NCBI GenBank assembly: GCA_043228905.1
Contig: JBHGNT010000007.1
Coordinates: 2,604,001 to 2,668,000 of the forward strand
Reading direction: 5' to 3'
Source of the DNA: Azolla caroliniana
Taxonomy: Eukaryota; Plantae; Polypodiophyta
DNA: 64,000 nt
Shown: positions 35,201 through 50,400 of the stretch, piece by piece
How the letters are laid out: the number at the start of each line of letters is the position of its first letter
How positions within the stretch are numbered: position 1 is the stretch's first letter
Notes under the pieces: model-generated
The model's database searches: none
What the model saw: only the letters and a program-made list of their open reading frames with translations
What the model was told of the DNA's origin: nothing
Program-made: the position numbers and the translations under genes

Positions 35201-38200
35201 GGAATGAGTCTCCTTGTACATACATGATATGCTATTGTATGTGCCATAGATCTCTGTACAGGTAATAGAGACAGGCACACTCTTTGCATCCATAATTTGG
35301 TGTATGTGTGTCACAGAGAGAGCAGTGTGTATGTGTGTTACAAGAAAAAATATGCATGTTTGTATTATAGGATACAGATGAGGAGGCACTAGATCTTCTA
35401 AGATGGATGATAAGTTCACAACAAGAGGATGCTAATGATAATGAGAAAGTTGATGATGAAACATCTTGGAGTCAAGTGTTCCAATGTGCTGATGAGGCAT
35501 TAGCTAAAGCGCTTTCAGATTATGAACTTTCCTCGCAGCAAGAATGTCAAGCAATTATTGATTGCTTAGGTGAAGAAAAGGATGCTTGTAATGACGAGCT
35601 TTCAGACTATATAGTGACAGAACAGAGAGATGTTTCTTTCCAGATACCCCAGATGGATGGCTCTTGTGATGAAATGGACATTCAAGGAATTACTGAAATA
35701 AATGGAGAAGAGCAAAGTCATACAGTAATAAATGAATTTGGAAAATCATCTAATCTGAATTCCTCCATGCATGAGAGTAGTGATCAATTGGGATGGGGAC
35801 CATTCTCTGTGAAGCGCCAAAAACAATTCAATGTAAAACAGAATATGAGTGCCTCAAGTTCAGAGGATAATGTAAATGTATTGGAAGAAGTATATGATAG
35901 CTCTCATGAAGAAAATATTCTCTCCTATAAAGGCCAATCATTACGCGATCTTATGCGCAAGAAAAGAATGAAAAGAAAACAGATGTATGCTGTTCTACCT
36001 GAAAGTCTGGTTAGTGCTGAGGAAGGCCTAGCTGGAAATAAAAGAGATAATGATGGTTGTGACCATTGCCATTTGACACCATCATTGGAGATTAAACATT
36101 CAGCTGAAATACATAATGAATTGAATGTACAAAGATTCAAGGACACTCATACAGGATGCAGACATGATTCAAATAAAACAATGGAACCATTTGATGGTTC
36201 TTTGAGATTTGGAGTTCTTCCTATTGTGAAAGCAGGTGTTCTTTGCAGTACTGTAGCATGTAATTCGATCAAGGCATCCAATTCAGCGGAAATACCTAAC
36301 TTAACTATTCAGAAACCTAATATTGAACTTAATTCAACCAAAATATCTTATTCAGCAACTCAGAAACCTAATATTGAACCTAATTTGCATGAAATACCCA
36401 ATTCAACAACCCAGGAATCTAATTCCAAAGAATGCGATTCACCTGTGAAGACTCCTAATATTGTTGCAAACTCATCAAGAATTTCATGTACTGATGATAC
36501 TAGTGGTTATGTTTACATTGGAATGGCTGACACCCACATTGATGATGCTGAACTTGATTTGGTTGGTAGTGTGGAACCAAATTTGCGTAAATCTTCTGAT
36601 CTATTCACTTGTCCTGCACAAACTGCATCGGAGGATGAAAACATGCCTGTTGCTTTAACTTTTTCCAAGAAACCACCTAGTGCAGAGCATATGTTGAATA
36701 CCTTAAGAGACTACGACCTCCCATTAGTTGATCATGAACATGCCTTCTATGGAAAACAAGAGGATTTACCAGGTCAGCGTTCGGTAATGGCAGGCATGGT
36801 TTTTGAAGGTATTACATATGATTCTTTATTGATATTTAGATATCTTGTTTGTTGGAGAATGCACAACTTATCGTGTAAAAAAATGTTACTTTTGGATCAG
36901 TAATGTCTAAGCAAGTGGATACTTTGCTTCCATATCAGTTCGGAAATGATACGAAGGATGAATGTTCTTGTAGAACATATGCTGCTGCTAATGCATGGAT
37001 TCCATCGAAGGAAGATAACTCCATAATATTACCTTCACATTTCCAAAATGATGGGACTCTTTTATTCATGCTTTCTCCAGTAAAGCTACCGCCAACTTCA
37101 CAGGAGATTTATCATTGGTTGAGTCACCGCCGACATGAACTAGAAAATGCAAGAGTATGCGATCACAGTGATAATTGCTCTCAGGATAACTATACAGAAG
37201 CTGAAGATGCATCACAACCTAGTCAAACAATGAGGCCCTCTTCTCCCAAATATGATGAGACAGTCATATCTTCCAGCTTCTCAGATAACAGCATTATAAG
37301 AGAAGCTAATAGTGAACAGTCTGGTAATCTGGGTTCAAGATCAGCTCCAAGTTTCTATAATTCTCAACATTCAAAACTAGGACCCACTATAGAAAGGCAA
37401 TCCAAAAAGTATTTTTTCGAAGTACCTTATCAGCAAAGCAGAGAGGATATATCACAAATTTCAGGTGCCACTGCACAAAATGATTTCACTCCTACAGGTT
37501 TCAAAGATCCTGCCAGCAGTGGATGTGGGCAACAAATTTCTGTGATGAGCATTGAGGTCAAAATTTCTAGTTCTTTCTATGGTTATCTGAATCAGTTTAA
37601 ATGTGCTCTATTAGTTAAATGTTATTTATATATCCATAGATTTTTGCAAGCACTCGGGGAGACCTAAGACCTGATCCTCGGTACGATATGGTCAATTGCA
37701 TCATAGTAGTTCGGCAGAATGATACTGATGATCAGAATGTTCATACCACAGTACTTCTTTGTGATGAAACATATGGAGGACATAGGTTGGTGGCAATTGA
37801 TAACATTCTTTTGCAAAATTCTTGCTGTTATGTTGGTGTAAATGTGCTTTCTTGTAAACAGGAATGCTGATGCTCTTATCAGCTCTGAAGTAATAACCAT
37901 GAAAGAAGAGGTCTCTTTATTACAAGCATTTATTTGGCTTGTTCGGATATATGACCCTGATATCATAGTTGGATGGGAGATTCAAGGATTCTCACTAGGA
38001 CTTCTTGCTGAACGGGCGGCGAATCTTGGGATAGGTTTGCTGAGGGAGATATCCAGGCTCCCTATTGGTAGAACAGAAGCATATGCCATGGAAAATATGG
38101 CAAATGGAGAAACTGGGAATAATACTTTTGCTACTGCTCGTATTGAGGCAGCCCTTGTAGAAGCATCCATTATAGATGATGAGTGGGGCCGGACACATGG

Positions 38201-41200
38201 AAGTGGAATACATGTGAGTGGAAGGATTGTCTTAAACCTTTGGCGGATCATGAGAGGTGAAATTAAACTAGGGATTTATACCCTAGAAGCTGTAGCTGAG
38301 GCTGTTTTGAAGAGGAAAGTACCTTTGATTCCATGGCGTACATTGATGAGCTGGTTCTCAAGCGGTCCTGGAAGAAAACGGCACTTGTGTATAGCATATT
38401 ACATTGATCGAGTAAAATTAAATCTTGAAATTATGAATCAACTGGATTTGGTGAGATGAGAGAATCAAATATATTTGATAATTTTTGTGGGTCAAGATTT
38501 TTCCTTGTTTGGTTGATGAATTTGATTCACTTGATCTCCTTTCTTCCATTTTAGGTTAATCGCTATTCGGAGCTTGCACGTATCTTTGGCATTGATTTTT
38601 TTTCTGTTCTGTCTCGTGGATCACAATATCGAGTTGAGTCTATGATGTTTAGGCTTGCTCATTCCCAAAACTATCTCATGATTTCTCCAAGTCGGCAACA
38701 AGTAAGTGCTTTATTTTATTGTTGTCTATTCATGGAATTTCTAATAGATGTTTATGAATGGAGAGATGAATTAGATAACGTATGCCTGCATTAACACATT
38801 GGATGCACTCGTTCTTAATGTGGATTGTGTTAATTAGATGGTTTGGTTCAGCACCTGTTGTATTTTTTATACATTTCTGTACCTTCATCATGCTCTTAAA
38901 AATATGTGTTAGTGTTTGTTTTCACATATGTTCTTCAATCCTAATTATTTTTTTCTGTATATCTATGTAGGTGGCATCCCAACCAGCTATGCAATGCCTT
39001 CCTCTTGTAATGGAGCCAGAATCAAGGTTCTATACAGATCCAGTGGTTGTACTAGACTTCCAATCTCTGTACCCATCTATGATGATTGCCTACAATTTGT
39101 GCTTTTCCACTTGCTTAGGGAAAGTTGTACCAGATAATCCAAAAGTCTTGGGTGTCACATCATTGAATTTGGAATCCAGAATTTTGAAGGACCTTAAAGA
39201 TAGCTTGACGTTCACACCCAATGGGATAATGTTTGCATCTTCTAAGGTAAAATCTGCTTCCCTGAAAAAACTGGTAGCATGAGTAGTTACATGTTGTGCA
39301 CACACATATGTGCATATTACTTGTGATTGATTAATTTGATATAATCACGACTTTATGTAGTTGCAATGACTTCTTTCCCTTGGTTGGGCAATATTGTCTG
39401 TGTGCTCATTCCAGGTTCGTCCTGGTGTTCTGCCAAGGTTGTTAGATGAGATTTTATCAACTCGTATAATGGTAAAGCAGTCGATGAAGAAGCTGTTGCC
39501 AAATGAGAAAATCTTACAAAGAGTATGGATAGCTTTGTTTTGTCTACTATCAGTTCTATTGCACTACCACTCTTTTTTTATATGCTCACCAGGCTACATG
39601 GTTGGTTTCCTAAGAATCTTCTAAAATGTACCGAAAAAATGTTGGTTGATACATTTTTTGTTGCTGTCAGGTGCTGAATGCAAGACAATTAGCATTAAAG
39701 CTAATTTCAAATGTAACATATGGCTATACTGCAGCAGGGTTCAGTGGCCGCATGCCTTGTGCCGAGCTTGCTGATAGTATTGTGCAATGCGGTCGCTATA
39801 CCCTTGAAACTGCAATCAATTTTGTGAATAACAACAGAGAATGGAATGCACATGTTGTTTATGGAGACACTGATAGGTATATGGCATTGTTCACATGCAT
39901 GTAGTTTAGTTTGCTTGTGCATTAATCAGTCATAACATTATTGTTGATAAGTCTTTGTGTTAGGCCTTCTTATTAACATAAGCTATTGCTGTCCAGCATG
40001 TTTGTTTTGCTTAAAGGCCGCACAAGAGAGCAGGCGTTTAAAATTGGTGAGGAAATCGCTGCAGGAGTTACTGCATTCAATCCTCATCCCGTGACTTTGA
40101 AAATGGAAAAAGTTTATCATCCATGTGTACTACTCACTAAAAAACGATATACGGGTTATAGTTACGAGACTTCTAAACAAGTCACGCCAAAATTTGATGC
40201 AAAGGGAATTGAGACTGTACGGAGAGATAGTTGTGGTGCTGTAGCTAAAACCTTGGAGAAATCATTAAGAATCCTCTTTGAATCTCGGGATCTGTCACAA
40301 GTGAGTAAAACTGCTATTACAAAAAGCATTGCCATTAGTTGGTGTTTTCTCTCTTGTTTCAACATTCATATTATGACTTGATCAATTTTTTTTATGGATT
40401 TTTATCTCTTTCTCCTCTTGCATGTGATGATTTCTATTATTTATTGATTTATTCCTTTCTTTCCCATTTAATGACATGATTTTTTTTTCTTAGTATCATG
40501 AAGCTAGGAACTATTCTTATGTGCAAAGTATTAATCACTACCTCCGAATTTTTGCTAATAGGTGAAATCTTACCTTCAGAAACAGTGGGGAAAAATTTTG
40601 AGTGGCCGTATTTCTATTAAAGATTTCATATTTGCCAAGGAAGTGCGGCTAGGGACTTACAGTACAAGATCTTCTGTTATACCTCCAGCAGCAATAGTAG
40701 CAACAAAGGCAATGTCCATTGATCCTCGTGCGGAACCACGGTATGGAGAAAGGATATCTTACCTTGTTATTCATGGAGAGCCAGGTGCTCGCCTTGTTGA
40801 CATGGTCATTGATCCATATGCTATGTTGGATGTGAATTCTCCATTTCGTCTGCATGACACGTATTACATAACAAAGCAGATCATTCCAGCTCTTCAAAGA
40901 GTCTTTGGTCTTGTGGGTATTGATCTAAACCTTTGGTATAATGAGATGCCTCGTCAGTTGAGACGTCCAATCACTAAGTCTCATGTGGTAACATCTTCAT
41001 TTCTAAGAACTAAAAAACTGCACATGATTCCTGAGATGGATACTGAACAACTAAAATCCTCCAAGCACACCATAGATCATTACTATCTTTCACAACATTG
41101 TGTAGTATGTGGACAGCTCATTCAATCATCGAATGTGTTGTGTGAGAACTGTTCAGTCGATCGAACAGTAGTTGGGATGAGTATCTTGGGGAGGTCTTCT

Positions 41201-41480
41201 CGCCTGGAAAAGGAGTTCAAGCATTTGCAAGCAGTATGTATACATTTTCACATTAGCTATTAAATCCAATGAAAATGGATCAACAATCCGTGTCATGAAT
41301 TTTAGCTCTAATAATAATATTCTTCTTCAGATATGCAAGCATTGTGGAGGTGGGGATGAAATTGATATTGAAGAGGGAGTTGGCTGCATTTCTCTTGCTT
41401 GCAAGGTCTTCTTTGAGCGCAGTAAAGTCCAGAAAGAATGTAAAACAACAGGGGCTGTCAAGGATCGAATTAGGCTATAG
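29222..41480 (+). CDS. REV3: DNA polymerase zeta catalytic subunit, 21 exons, ~1997 aa
   Basis: Exons: 29222-29360, 29525-29607, 31259-31316, 31395-31444, 31625-31737, 32600-32642, 32973-33041, 33124-33397, 33481-33572, 33661-34041, 35371-36808, 36901-37556, 37640-37785, 37862-38450, 38555-38701, 38971-39246, 39415-39522, 39671-39876, 39997-40300, 40562-41233, 41331-41480. All introns are GT-AG and the total is 5994 nt in frame. Motifs: [59 protein letters not shown] and the C-terminal CysA/CysB clusters. Confidence 0.95.
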
Positions 41481-43169
41481 ATTGATTTTAGAAATGAATT
41501 TAATTTATTAGTTTGAATTTCACTTGAGCTTGATCTTGAAAAAGGTTGAGTCCAGTATTTATTTACATCTACATTAATAGATGTTGTAAATAAGAGTGAA
41601 GTCAAGGTGATGTTACATGTATAGAATTTGTGCTACCACTATAAAGAGTGACCTTTCTAACTCACCCAACATAAATGTCCATCAGTTGTAGATTAGCTTA
41701 GGGAGGGGAGTGTATGAAAACATAAATAGTTGAAGCCCACCTATAATGGTCTCGCTTGTAAAGGGGATGGATGTGATGAACAGGATGAATATAAAAGTGC
41801 CAAGCAGCGAGTTTACTCAACATACGTGCATATGAATTTCAATAGAGATTCAAATGCTACATTGTGAACTCCATTTGAATTATTTCTATACTGGAGTTTA
41901 TTTGAAGTTTTGTTCACACTACGAGATCCTCACCTCATATATTTATGTCATGGTATTATGTAGGATGGCATGAAAGTAACCTTGCGCGAGTTTATTTCCT
42001 GCTTGATTTGAGAATCGTAGGTTGGGATGAGCAAAGTTGGATATGAATTATTTTCTTGTGCATGTTGAGATGGTCTGTTGAGTTTGTAGATTGGGAGCTC
42101 AGTTGTAATGATTGCTGGTGATCCAGTCGCAGAAGCAACCCCATAGTGTTGCACTTTCGCAACTTTCTGAAATTGCAGTCATGATAATCTTTGGTCAAGA
42201 AAACTGCTGACATTGAGAAAAAAGTAAGGGTACCAAACTACTTTGTTTGGATATAAAATTTAGAAATTTATAATATCATCTACTAGGTGTAACTGTTTCA
42301 ACAATGTTCTAAGCTTTGAGAAGGCTATGTTGTTTATTAATCTTGAGTTGTAATAGTAGAGACATGTATGTGATGTGTTGAGATTGTTCATTTTTTTGCA
42401 TGACGATATATGTATATATATATATGGTTTGATAACGATTTCAAGAAATTTTGCAAAAATGCTGTAAGGTTCATAGACTGTTGCATCATAAATATGAATT
42501 TGATATGGCAATATTTATTGTAGATGCTATTCATGCATCTAGCTCTCAGGTACATATGAAGGTGATTATGTGACATCGTGAATGTTATATAATTATAATA
42601 TTATTGGTCATCATTATGTGTTGAGGAAAGCTTGCATTGGTTTTTGTACCACATACAAGGTTAGGGATCATTACAAATTCAATGGTGGAGGTCTAGGGGC
42701 ATGATTTGCTAAACTTGTGCATTTCTCATATGGTGCGTAGTGGCTCTTAAATAGAACTTTTATGTTGCCACATCTATAATGTAATAGAATGGGCAATATA
42801 ATTATATTATATCATATTGATTCCCATGTTTGTTGTGTTTATTATGGTGAATTATATGTTTTTAGACTTTGTTGAGATCTTCATGATAATTAATCTAGAT
42901 GGAATCTTAATTTAAACATGAATAAGAGCAAGATCCCATGTTCATTGAGTTCTCCAACAATTAGAGGGATATCACATTTAGAATACGTACCATCATTGTT
43001 GTGTTCATTTAGTTCAGTGACTACATAGCATTATTTGAGGGATACACACCATAAATTTTGTGTTCATTTGTTTGATCACATGTAGAACACGTAACATAAA
43101 TTTTGTGTTTACTTAATTCTCTTGCCACATATAACATAGTTCATTTAGTTCTCCAACAATCAGGGGGAT

Positions 43170-44820
43170 ACACACCTTGAGCCAAAATAGGTTACTCAAA
43201 AGTATTAATGGCCGCAACTTCATAATTTTGTTGAGGACTATGTATGTACCTGTGATGTTAATTTAAGAGGCCTCAACATTGCCCATATGGGTTGTTGCAA
43301 CCATTGTTGATTCAAGAGGATCCATGGAAATCCATTTTTTTGGATTTCATTACAACTCTCATGTTTTCAAAAGGTTTTATGACATTATATTGGTGGTGAT
43401 AGGTTTGTTAAGATGGCACATTTCCTTCCATGCATCAAGGCAACAATAAGGCGAGTTTTCGCAAAGGGCCAACACGACTATCATCTTGGTGTGTTGTTTT
43501 AACTTCCAAGAGTCAGTCTTGAGTTTTGGAGGGTTGTCTTCTTCATGACGAGCTAGCTACATTATTGGGGTGTCATACAATGACAAGTATGCTTCATATT
43601 TCAACACTTAAACCATCTATGTTTATATTCCATGAAAATAAAGAAGACTCGAGGCCTTCTTAAGATTAACTAGAGTTAATCCGCACCTATTTACTACACT
43701 AATTAAGAAATATGGATGTCACTCTTAAATAGATTACTAGATAAGATGTATGGATATCCTAAGATACATAGATAAAAATGCCCAATAGTAGAGGCAAAAT
43801 GAGTATTGTAAGGGAGATCCATAGTTATAGCACCAAAAGTCGTCTTTTAATGTGATATCTTGCTCCTTAAAGAATCTCATTCACATTACAAGCCCTTTGG
43901 GCATTGGAGATTGCCACATTATAAAGGATAGTTCCTACAAAAAGTGCATATAAGTGTGTTTCTCACATAAAATCTCACATTATTTTCCATATGGTATTGT
44001 TAGTGATCATGGACAATAGGTCATCTTGATGTTTTGGAAGCACCTACTCGTGTCACTCAAGGTATCATCTAGCAAGTGAATGTCAAATTGAACATACAGA
44101 TTAAACGTTGACTAGTACCCAAATTGTTTGATCAACTACCAACAACATGATTGAGCCAACTTCTTGCATTTTGAGGAACTTGGTTCAACAATTTAACATA
44201 TTATCCTACAAAGCATACTCCATTTGTTGCAAACACAAAGCTTTATCCTTATTGGATGATGCTTAAACATTAAAAAATCTCCAACAATCCTATTTATCCT
44301 ACAAACCATACTTCATTTGTTGCAACCAAAATCTTTATACCTATTGATGATGCTTAAACATTCGAAAATATCCAACAATCCTATTGTAGAGGAGCATCTA
44401 CTTAAACGCTAAGAGATTCAAGCTAAAGTTTTTCACTATTTGTGTTGTTTAAAGTTTGCAACTAAGTTAGTTGCATATTGCCATCACTTTGATTCATCAC
44501 CAGAGACACCTAAGTTTCTAGATGGGAATCATCTATGGTTGTTACAAGCTAATGTGAATACCAATAGGCCATATGCCAACTAGAATATGAATGTCTTCGT
44601 CCATTTTGTAATCACTTCCTTGATCAATGATGTTGTGTTCCATGATCTACATCTTTTGTTCACATTCACATTTCCACTGAATATTCCATGTATCAATATG
44701 GGAGGCCTATGCTTTTGATTCCATTCTACATAACAATGTTTATCCTCCAACCCTAGTTGAGATTGTGATGTTCCATTTGATGTACCTATTGACTTTCTCA
44801 CTTTGAGGGGGGAGGGGTTG
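43170..44820 (+). mobile_element. Highly degenerate Ty3/Gypsy integrase remnant
   Basis: PWKSIFLDFIT..KMAHFLPC traces at ~43320-43435, an FHVS motif at ~44685 and a G-rich PPT-like tract at ~44805-44818. Confidence 0.65.
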
Positions 44821-45499
44821 AACGAGGATTTCCTGATGTTGATGTACTATGGATTCATTAGGTTCTTTGTCACTTGTTGGATGGTAAACTTGAGTTACAA
44901 AGTGTGCCATACCATCAATGTAGTGAGAGAGAAAGAGAGAGAGATTTCATTATTGTAGGTCAAATATGACCTTTGAGACAAAAAAATTACATTTCACCCA
45001 ATACATAGTATATAACGATGAGCAGAACTACCTATAACCTACACACATGAAGTCATGTAATCAGTGACATTGTTTTAATCACCGATTCATTGATCCTCTT
45101 CGGCACTCCCAACCTTTAAGTTCTTTGATGATGGTAATTGATCACTTCCCGTGATGAACTTCTTTGATAGTAGCCACTAATATTTTTCCCAAATTTGTCC
45201 GGCCAAAAATTGGGTCTATGTGGCATGCCCATGACATACCAAGCTTAGTTTCCAAAAATTTATCCCACCCAAATTGCTTGTCAAAGCAAACACTCCTTGA
45301 GAGCCAAGAATGTGAAAGATGTATACTTTCCTTTTCTCTAATTATATAATGTAATTGTTGCTTCTTGGGTTGAATCATTAGAGGTTTTTGTATACAATTA
45401 TTATCCAAAGGGAGAACCCTAGAGAACAAGTCATCGTATGGAAAGCAAATCAAAAGGCATAGCAAGCAACGACCTATGGGACCATAAGTGCTTCACGAT

Positions 45500-47087
45500 T
45501 GAAACTAATGTTTTGGAATTGTAGAGGATATCCATGGAATAAGGGTTTAGGACTCAATGATGTAGCTCAAGGTATGGATATCATATTTTTGGTTGTGCAA
45601 AACGTATACCTAAGATAGACGGTTACCTCATAAAATCGATATGGCCTCAGTCCAAAGGGAATATTGGGCGTGTCGGGATAACATGTATCTACCATGAGAG
45701 CTTAGATAATTCTATCAAAGTATGCAAATATGATGACTATAAGAGATACATATGGATAGAGGTTAATTTGGGGAAAGAGAAGTTGTATATATTTGCATGT
45801 TACATTCCTCATAAAGACTCAAACTACTATAGTAGGTTTGGGTTAGATTGTGACGGTTCTTTTATAGAATTATGCCATGATATACTTTCATTTGAGAATC
45901 TTGGTAAAGTTTTAATTATGGGAGACTTCAATGCAAGAGTTGGAAATTTCCAAAATGTGGAGACATTTGAAGAAAATGTAGTAGAACATTGTCTATTGCA
46001 TGACTTAGAGGATTGTGTCATGTCAGATTATGGAAAACTTTTGATACATATGTTAAATTGTACAAACTTGATTATCCTAAATGGTATAAAGGGATTCCCA
46101 TTGACAAATGTGCTCACATGTTTACCATCCTCGGGTGGAGGAAGTGTGGTTGATTACGCATTAATGTTGGCATGTGATCTATCAAATTTGGTGAACGTGT
46201 TTAAAGTTGGTTCTCTATCTCCGGACTCAGACCACAAGCCATTGTACTTAGAGCTTGCAATTCCACATTTCACCAATAGATGCCATGGAGTGAAAGATGA
46301 AAAGAGATGTATCAACCGACCTTGCTACGAAAAAGCTAAGATGTATGCAAATGAAGTGGAGAACCATTTGTTAAATTTTTCTCTACGCAACGATGTTAAA
46401 GAAAATTGGCAACATTTGAAGGATATTATCCTTAAGGTTGGGTATCAATACTTTAAGAGGCATGTGGGTGGGCATAAGATATGTAGTTTTCCATGTAATT
46501 CTTGGTTCGACGATGAGCGTAAGATGTATCTCAAATGGTTTTAGTCCATAGAGGGGTAAAATGAAAATATTGTTGCATGGCACATATATAAGAAAGTAGT
46601 GAGGAGAAAGAAAAGAGGACATTTCCAAATGCAAAAGATGAAAAAGAACAACTTGTTTAAGCTCAAACCAAAATTAGCATGGGGCCAACTCAAGGGCAAG
46701 AAAGAAGATGTGAACGACCACTTTACAAATGAAGAGATGTTAGACTATGTACAAAGGCTATATATGCATGAAGGTGTGGCTCCTATGTATCGATATTGAT
46801 GATGTCAATAAGGGAATAAAGAAAATGGCGAGTGGGAAAGCAATAGATGCAACATACGTCTCAAGTGAGCTTGTAAAATGGACAATGCCACATACTCGTC
46901 ATTGGATAATGACAATTATAGATCAAGCTATAAAACAAAGATTTTGAAATGGTTGGCTTATGAATTGGATTAAACCAATATTTAAAGCTGGAGATAAGAA
47001 TCAAGTATCAAATTATCGTACAATAATGGTGAGCTCAACTATTGCTAAATTATATAACACTATTATAGAGCAAAAGATAAGCACATC
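45500..47087 (+). mobile_element. LINE retrotransposon, 5' part (AP endonuclease and start of RT), degenerate
   Basis: WNCRG, CYIPH, MGDFNAR, SVVDY, SDHKPL and NYRTIMV. Continues at 54471. Confidence 0.85.
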
Positions 47088-47414
47088 TAGGAACACGTTC
47101 ACGTTCACAAGTGGAAGGATCACGCACAAATAGAAGGATAAGGAATATTCCGTCTGATTTTGGGGCTTTTTTGGCCATTTCACAAAACTTTACCAATGCA
47201 AAATTGGTGCCCTAGGTCATGGCCATCTACATGTGTAGCTATTAATATCCCCACCTTGAGTTCTTACAAGTTTCCTTGTCACCTGAGTTATGCTCGTGTT
47301 GTCATCCTTAGTTCCACATAAATGTTTCTCTGTTGTAGATGAACCAAACTATGAAGATCAACATTAAGTGCTTGAAGTGGTGATTAAAAACCACGAGAAT
47401 ATTTTATAGACCAC

Positions 47415-50400
47415 GTAAATGGCATTTGCAAGGTTTAATTACCATCAACACAATTATTAATGGTTCTTTGTTAATCAATGAAACACATATTCACCATAAG
47501 GTATTTTGTTGTGCAACATACTTCTTTGTAGTATCGATATGCATCTTTTTCTCTTGTAAAAACAAAGATTTTAGTACAATTCGAGTTCATGTTTAAAAAC
47601 CCTCTATTATTTGAAAAAAAGAAGATTTCTAAACATGAACTTGATACATTGTATCGAGTTGATGTAAAAAACGGAGTTTTCATCACAATTACATACAATG
47701 TATCAAATTCATGTTCAAAGTTTTTTCCTCGGATTTAAAAAAATAAAAAAAATAAAAAAATAAAAAAATAAAACTTGAGTTGATGAAAAAACCAAAATTT
47801 TCACCACAATTCAATAAAATGTATCAAGTTCATGTTTAAAGTAATTTGTTTTAATTTTCTTCAAATTTTTTATTTGGAAAAAAAACTTTAAACATGAATT
47901 CAATATATTGTATCGACTTGTGATGAAAACTCTATTAGAAACAACAAAATAATTTCAAAGCAACTACTTTTAGTTGCCACATTAACTCTACACCACATCT
48001 AGATTAGTTACTATTATTAACTATTACTGTTTTATTTTTGTTAGTAACTGTATTTTTCAAACACATCCAACGTTCCCTCCACTTCCTCTATTATATAAAG
48101 AGGAAACCGGGAACATTAGAGTGTGGTGTTAGTATGCTCTACCTACTGTAGCAATTATCCCTTGTAGTTGTATTCCAACCTGTAATCCCATCTTATTATC
48201 TATTATATAATAGTTGCAATTCTCCTCTTTTCTGTTCATGTATCTCTCATTTCCTTACATGGTATCAGAGCGTCAGTAGTACGAAGCTTGAAAATATACC
48301 TCCCGCTCCATACTCTACTTCTGAAAAAAAAACAAAAAGAGAAAAAAGAAAGAAAGAGAGAAGAGAAAACGAGACAACAACCTCAACATATGGCAAGCTC
48401 CACTCAGGCACGAAAATACTTGGTAGATAAATTTAATGCAAAGGACTACATAATTTGGAAACCAAGGATGGAGCTACTACTTAACTTGGAGGAGCTACTT
48501 GAAGTCACCACGAGAACCTGTTAAGCACCAAAAGGCACACAATCTAAATGCTATGGAAAGAATGGAAAAACAAAGATAAATGGGCAAAACTTGAAATATT
48601 GCTACATGTAGAAGATAGGCAGGCGGATGCCATTCGAAAACTCACAACTGCAATAGAAATGTGTTCCAAACTAAAATAGATGTTTGAACCACAAGATGGT
48701 ACTACTAGAATCCATACTCTTGCTACCCTGTTTCACATGTGTGTTTTGCATGAAGAAGAAGATGTTCTTACCTTCTTGGATACCTGGGAGAGATATCTTG
48801 AAGAAGCCACCGCTGCCGGAAATGAAATCTCAAAAGAAATGAACATTGGGCTCTTATTGAGTAAACTTCCAGAATCTTGGAATACTTTCATCACTATGAA
48901 TAGCCAGGGTAACTCCTTATCTAATTTGATTACAAAAGTTCATCATGAAAATTTACGACGACAACTTAAAAATTCTACTCCATCAATAGCAATGACTATT
49001 GTAGTCAACAAACCACAAAAATTGTCATATAACAATCGCTACAAGCTTAGATCTGACAATTACAAATACATTAAAGTCTCTAATTCGAGAAAGGGAAATG
49101 AACCATAGAGAACTTTATCAAAACAACATGGTCGAGGCTTCAAACTAGTTTGCAGATATTGCAAGAGAGAAGGTCACACCGAGAGGGTATGTCGATTCAA
49201 GAAATTTGCTGAAAATAAGAAACAACCACAAGCCACCAATGTCATCTTAGAGGATAAATCTGATGATAAATCAAAATGCTATTCAGAATCAAGAGGTGAT
49301 TATGACGACATGTTAGAAGAAGGAAACATTATTCAAGTATACCATGTTACTGTAGAAGAATTGAAAACAGATTATGGCACATGGTACCTGAATAATGGTG
49401 CTACACACCATCTCACCTACCGCAGAGACTGGCTAGAAGATTATCAAGTTTTCTCCAATCAGTTGCAGGTGATTTTTGGTGATAAAGCAAAGAAATCTGC
49501 AATCGGTAAAGGTACAATTAAAATCAAACTTTCAAAATATCACCAAATTACTATTCATAATGTGTATTATGTGCCTGGATTGGCAAAACATATGTTATCA
49601 ATCGGACAAGCTACAGTAGATGCACTTACAATTTAGTTTTGCAGAGATAAAGCAATTCTATAATTTCAAGATGGTAACTCATCCATTCAGATGGTTTGTC
49701 ATAAAGAACAAAATTTGTATCCAGTCCATAATCAATCAACATATGCGTTCGTTGCACCTGTGCAAACAAAGAAACAATCAATGGCCTCAACTATATATTT
49801 ATGGCATTGTTGTTTTGGTGACATGAATATTTCAACACTTTAGTAGTGTCAACAACTAAAAAGAATGAAAGGATTACTAGAAATAGGCTTCAAAGCTATT
49901 TCTATATGTGAAAGTTGATTGTTCGGAAAGATGTCCCATCATCCATTTGCCAAAAGCAAGGCTGTTATAGAATTCCCACTTCAACTTGTTCATACAAACT
50001 TGTGTGGGCCATTTCCTGTACCGTCTCTCTCTAGAGCAAGGTATTTCATTTCATTTATTGATAATACTACCAGATTCACAGTAGTCAACTTCTTAAAACA
50101 GAAAAGTGAGGCATTTGCAACATTCTGTAAATTTACAAACAACTTGTAGAAAATCAAACATGAAGAACAATTAAAAAGGTGAGAGCGATAATGGTGGAGA
50201 ATATGTATCCCAAGAATGGGAGATTTTTTTCGACAAAAATGGAATAATTCATCAAAAAACAATACCCTACCACAACAGAATGGCATTGCTGAAAGAAAGA
50301 ACATAATGTTGTTAAATGCTGCTCATAGTCTGCTCAAAACGGGACAAGGGAAACAATGGTTTTGGGAAGATGCAATCTCCACAACCTGTTATTTGCAAAA

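Noticed and set aside
25610-41480. Functional clustering of APC/C inhibitors with REV3 (its partner REV7 also inhibits APC/C in animals)
   Set aside because: Adjacency alone is not evidence in a plant genome, and no shared E2F/CHR module was seen at REV3.
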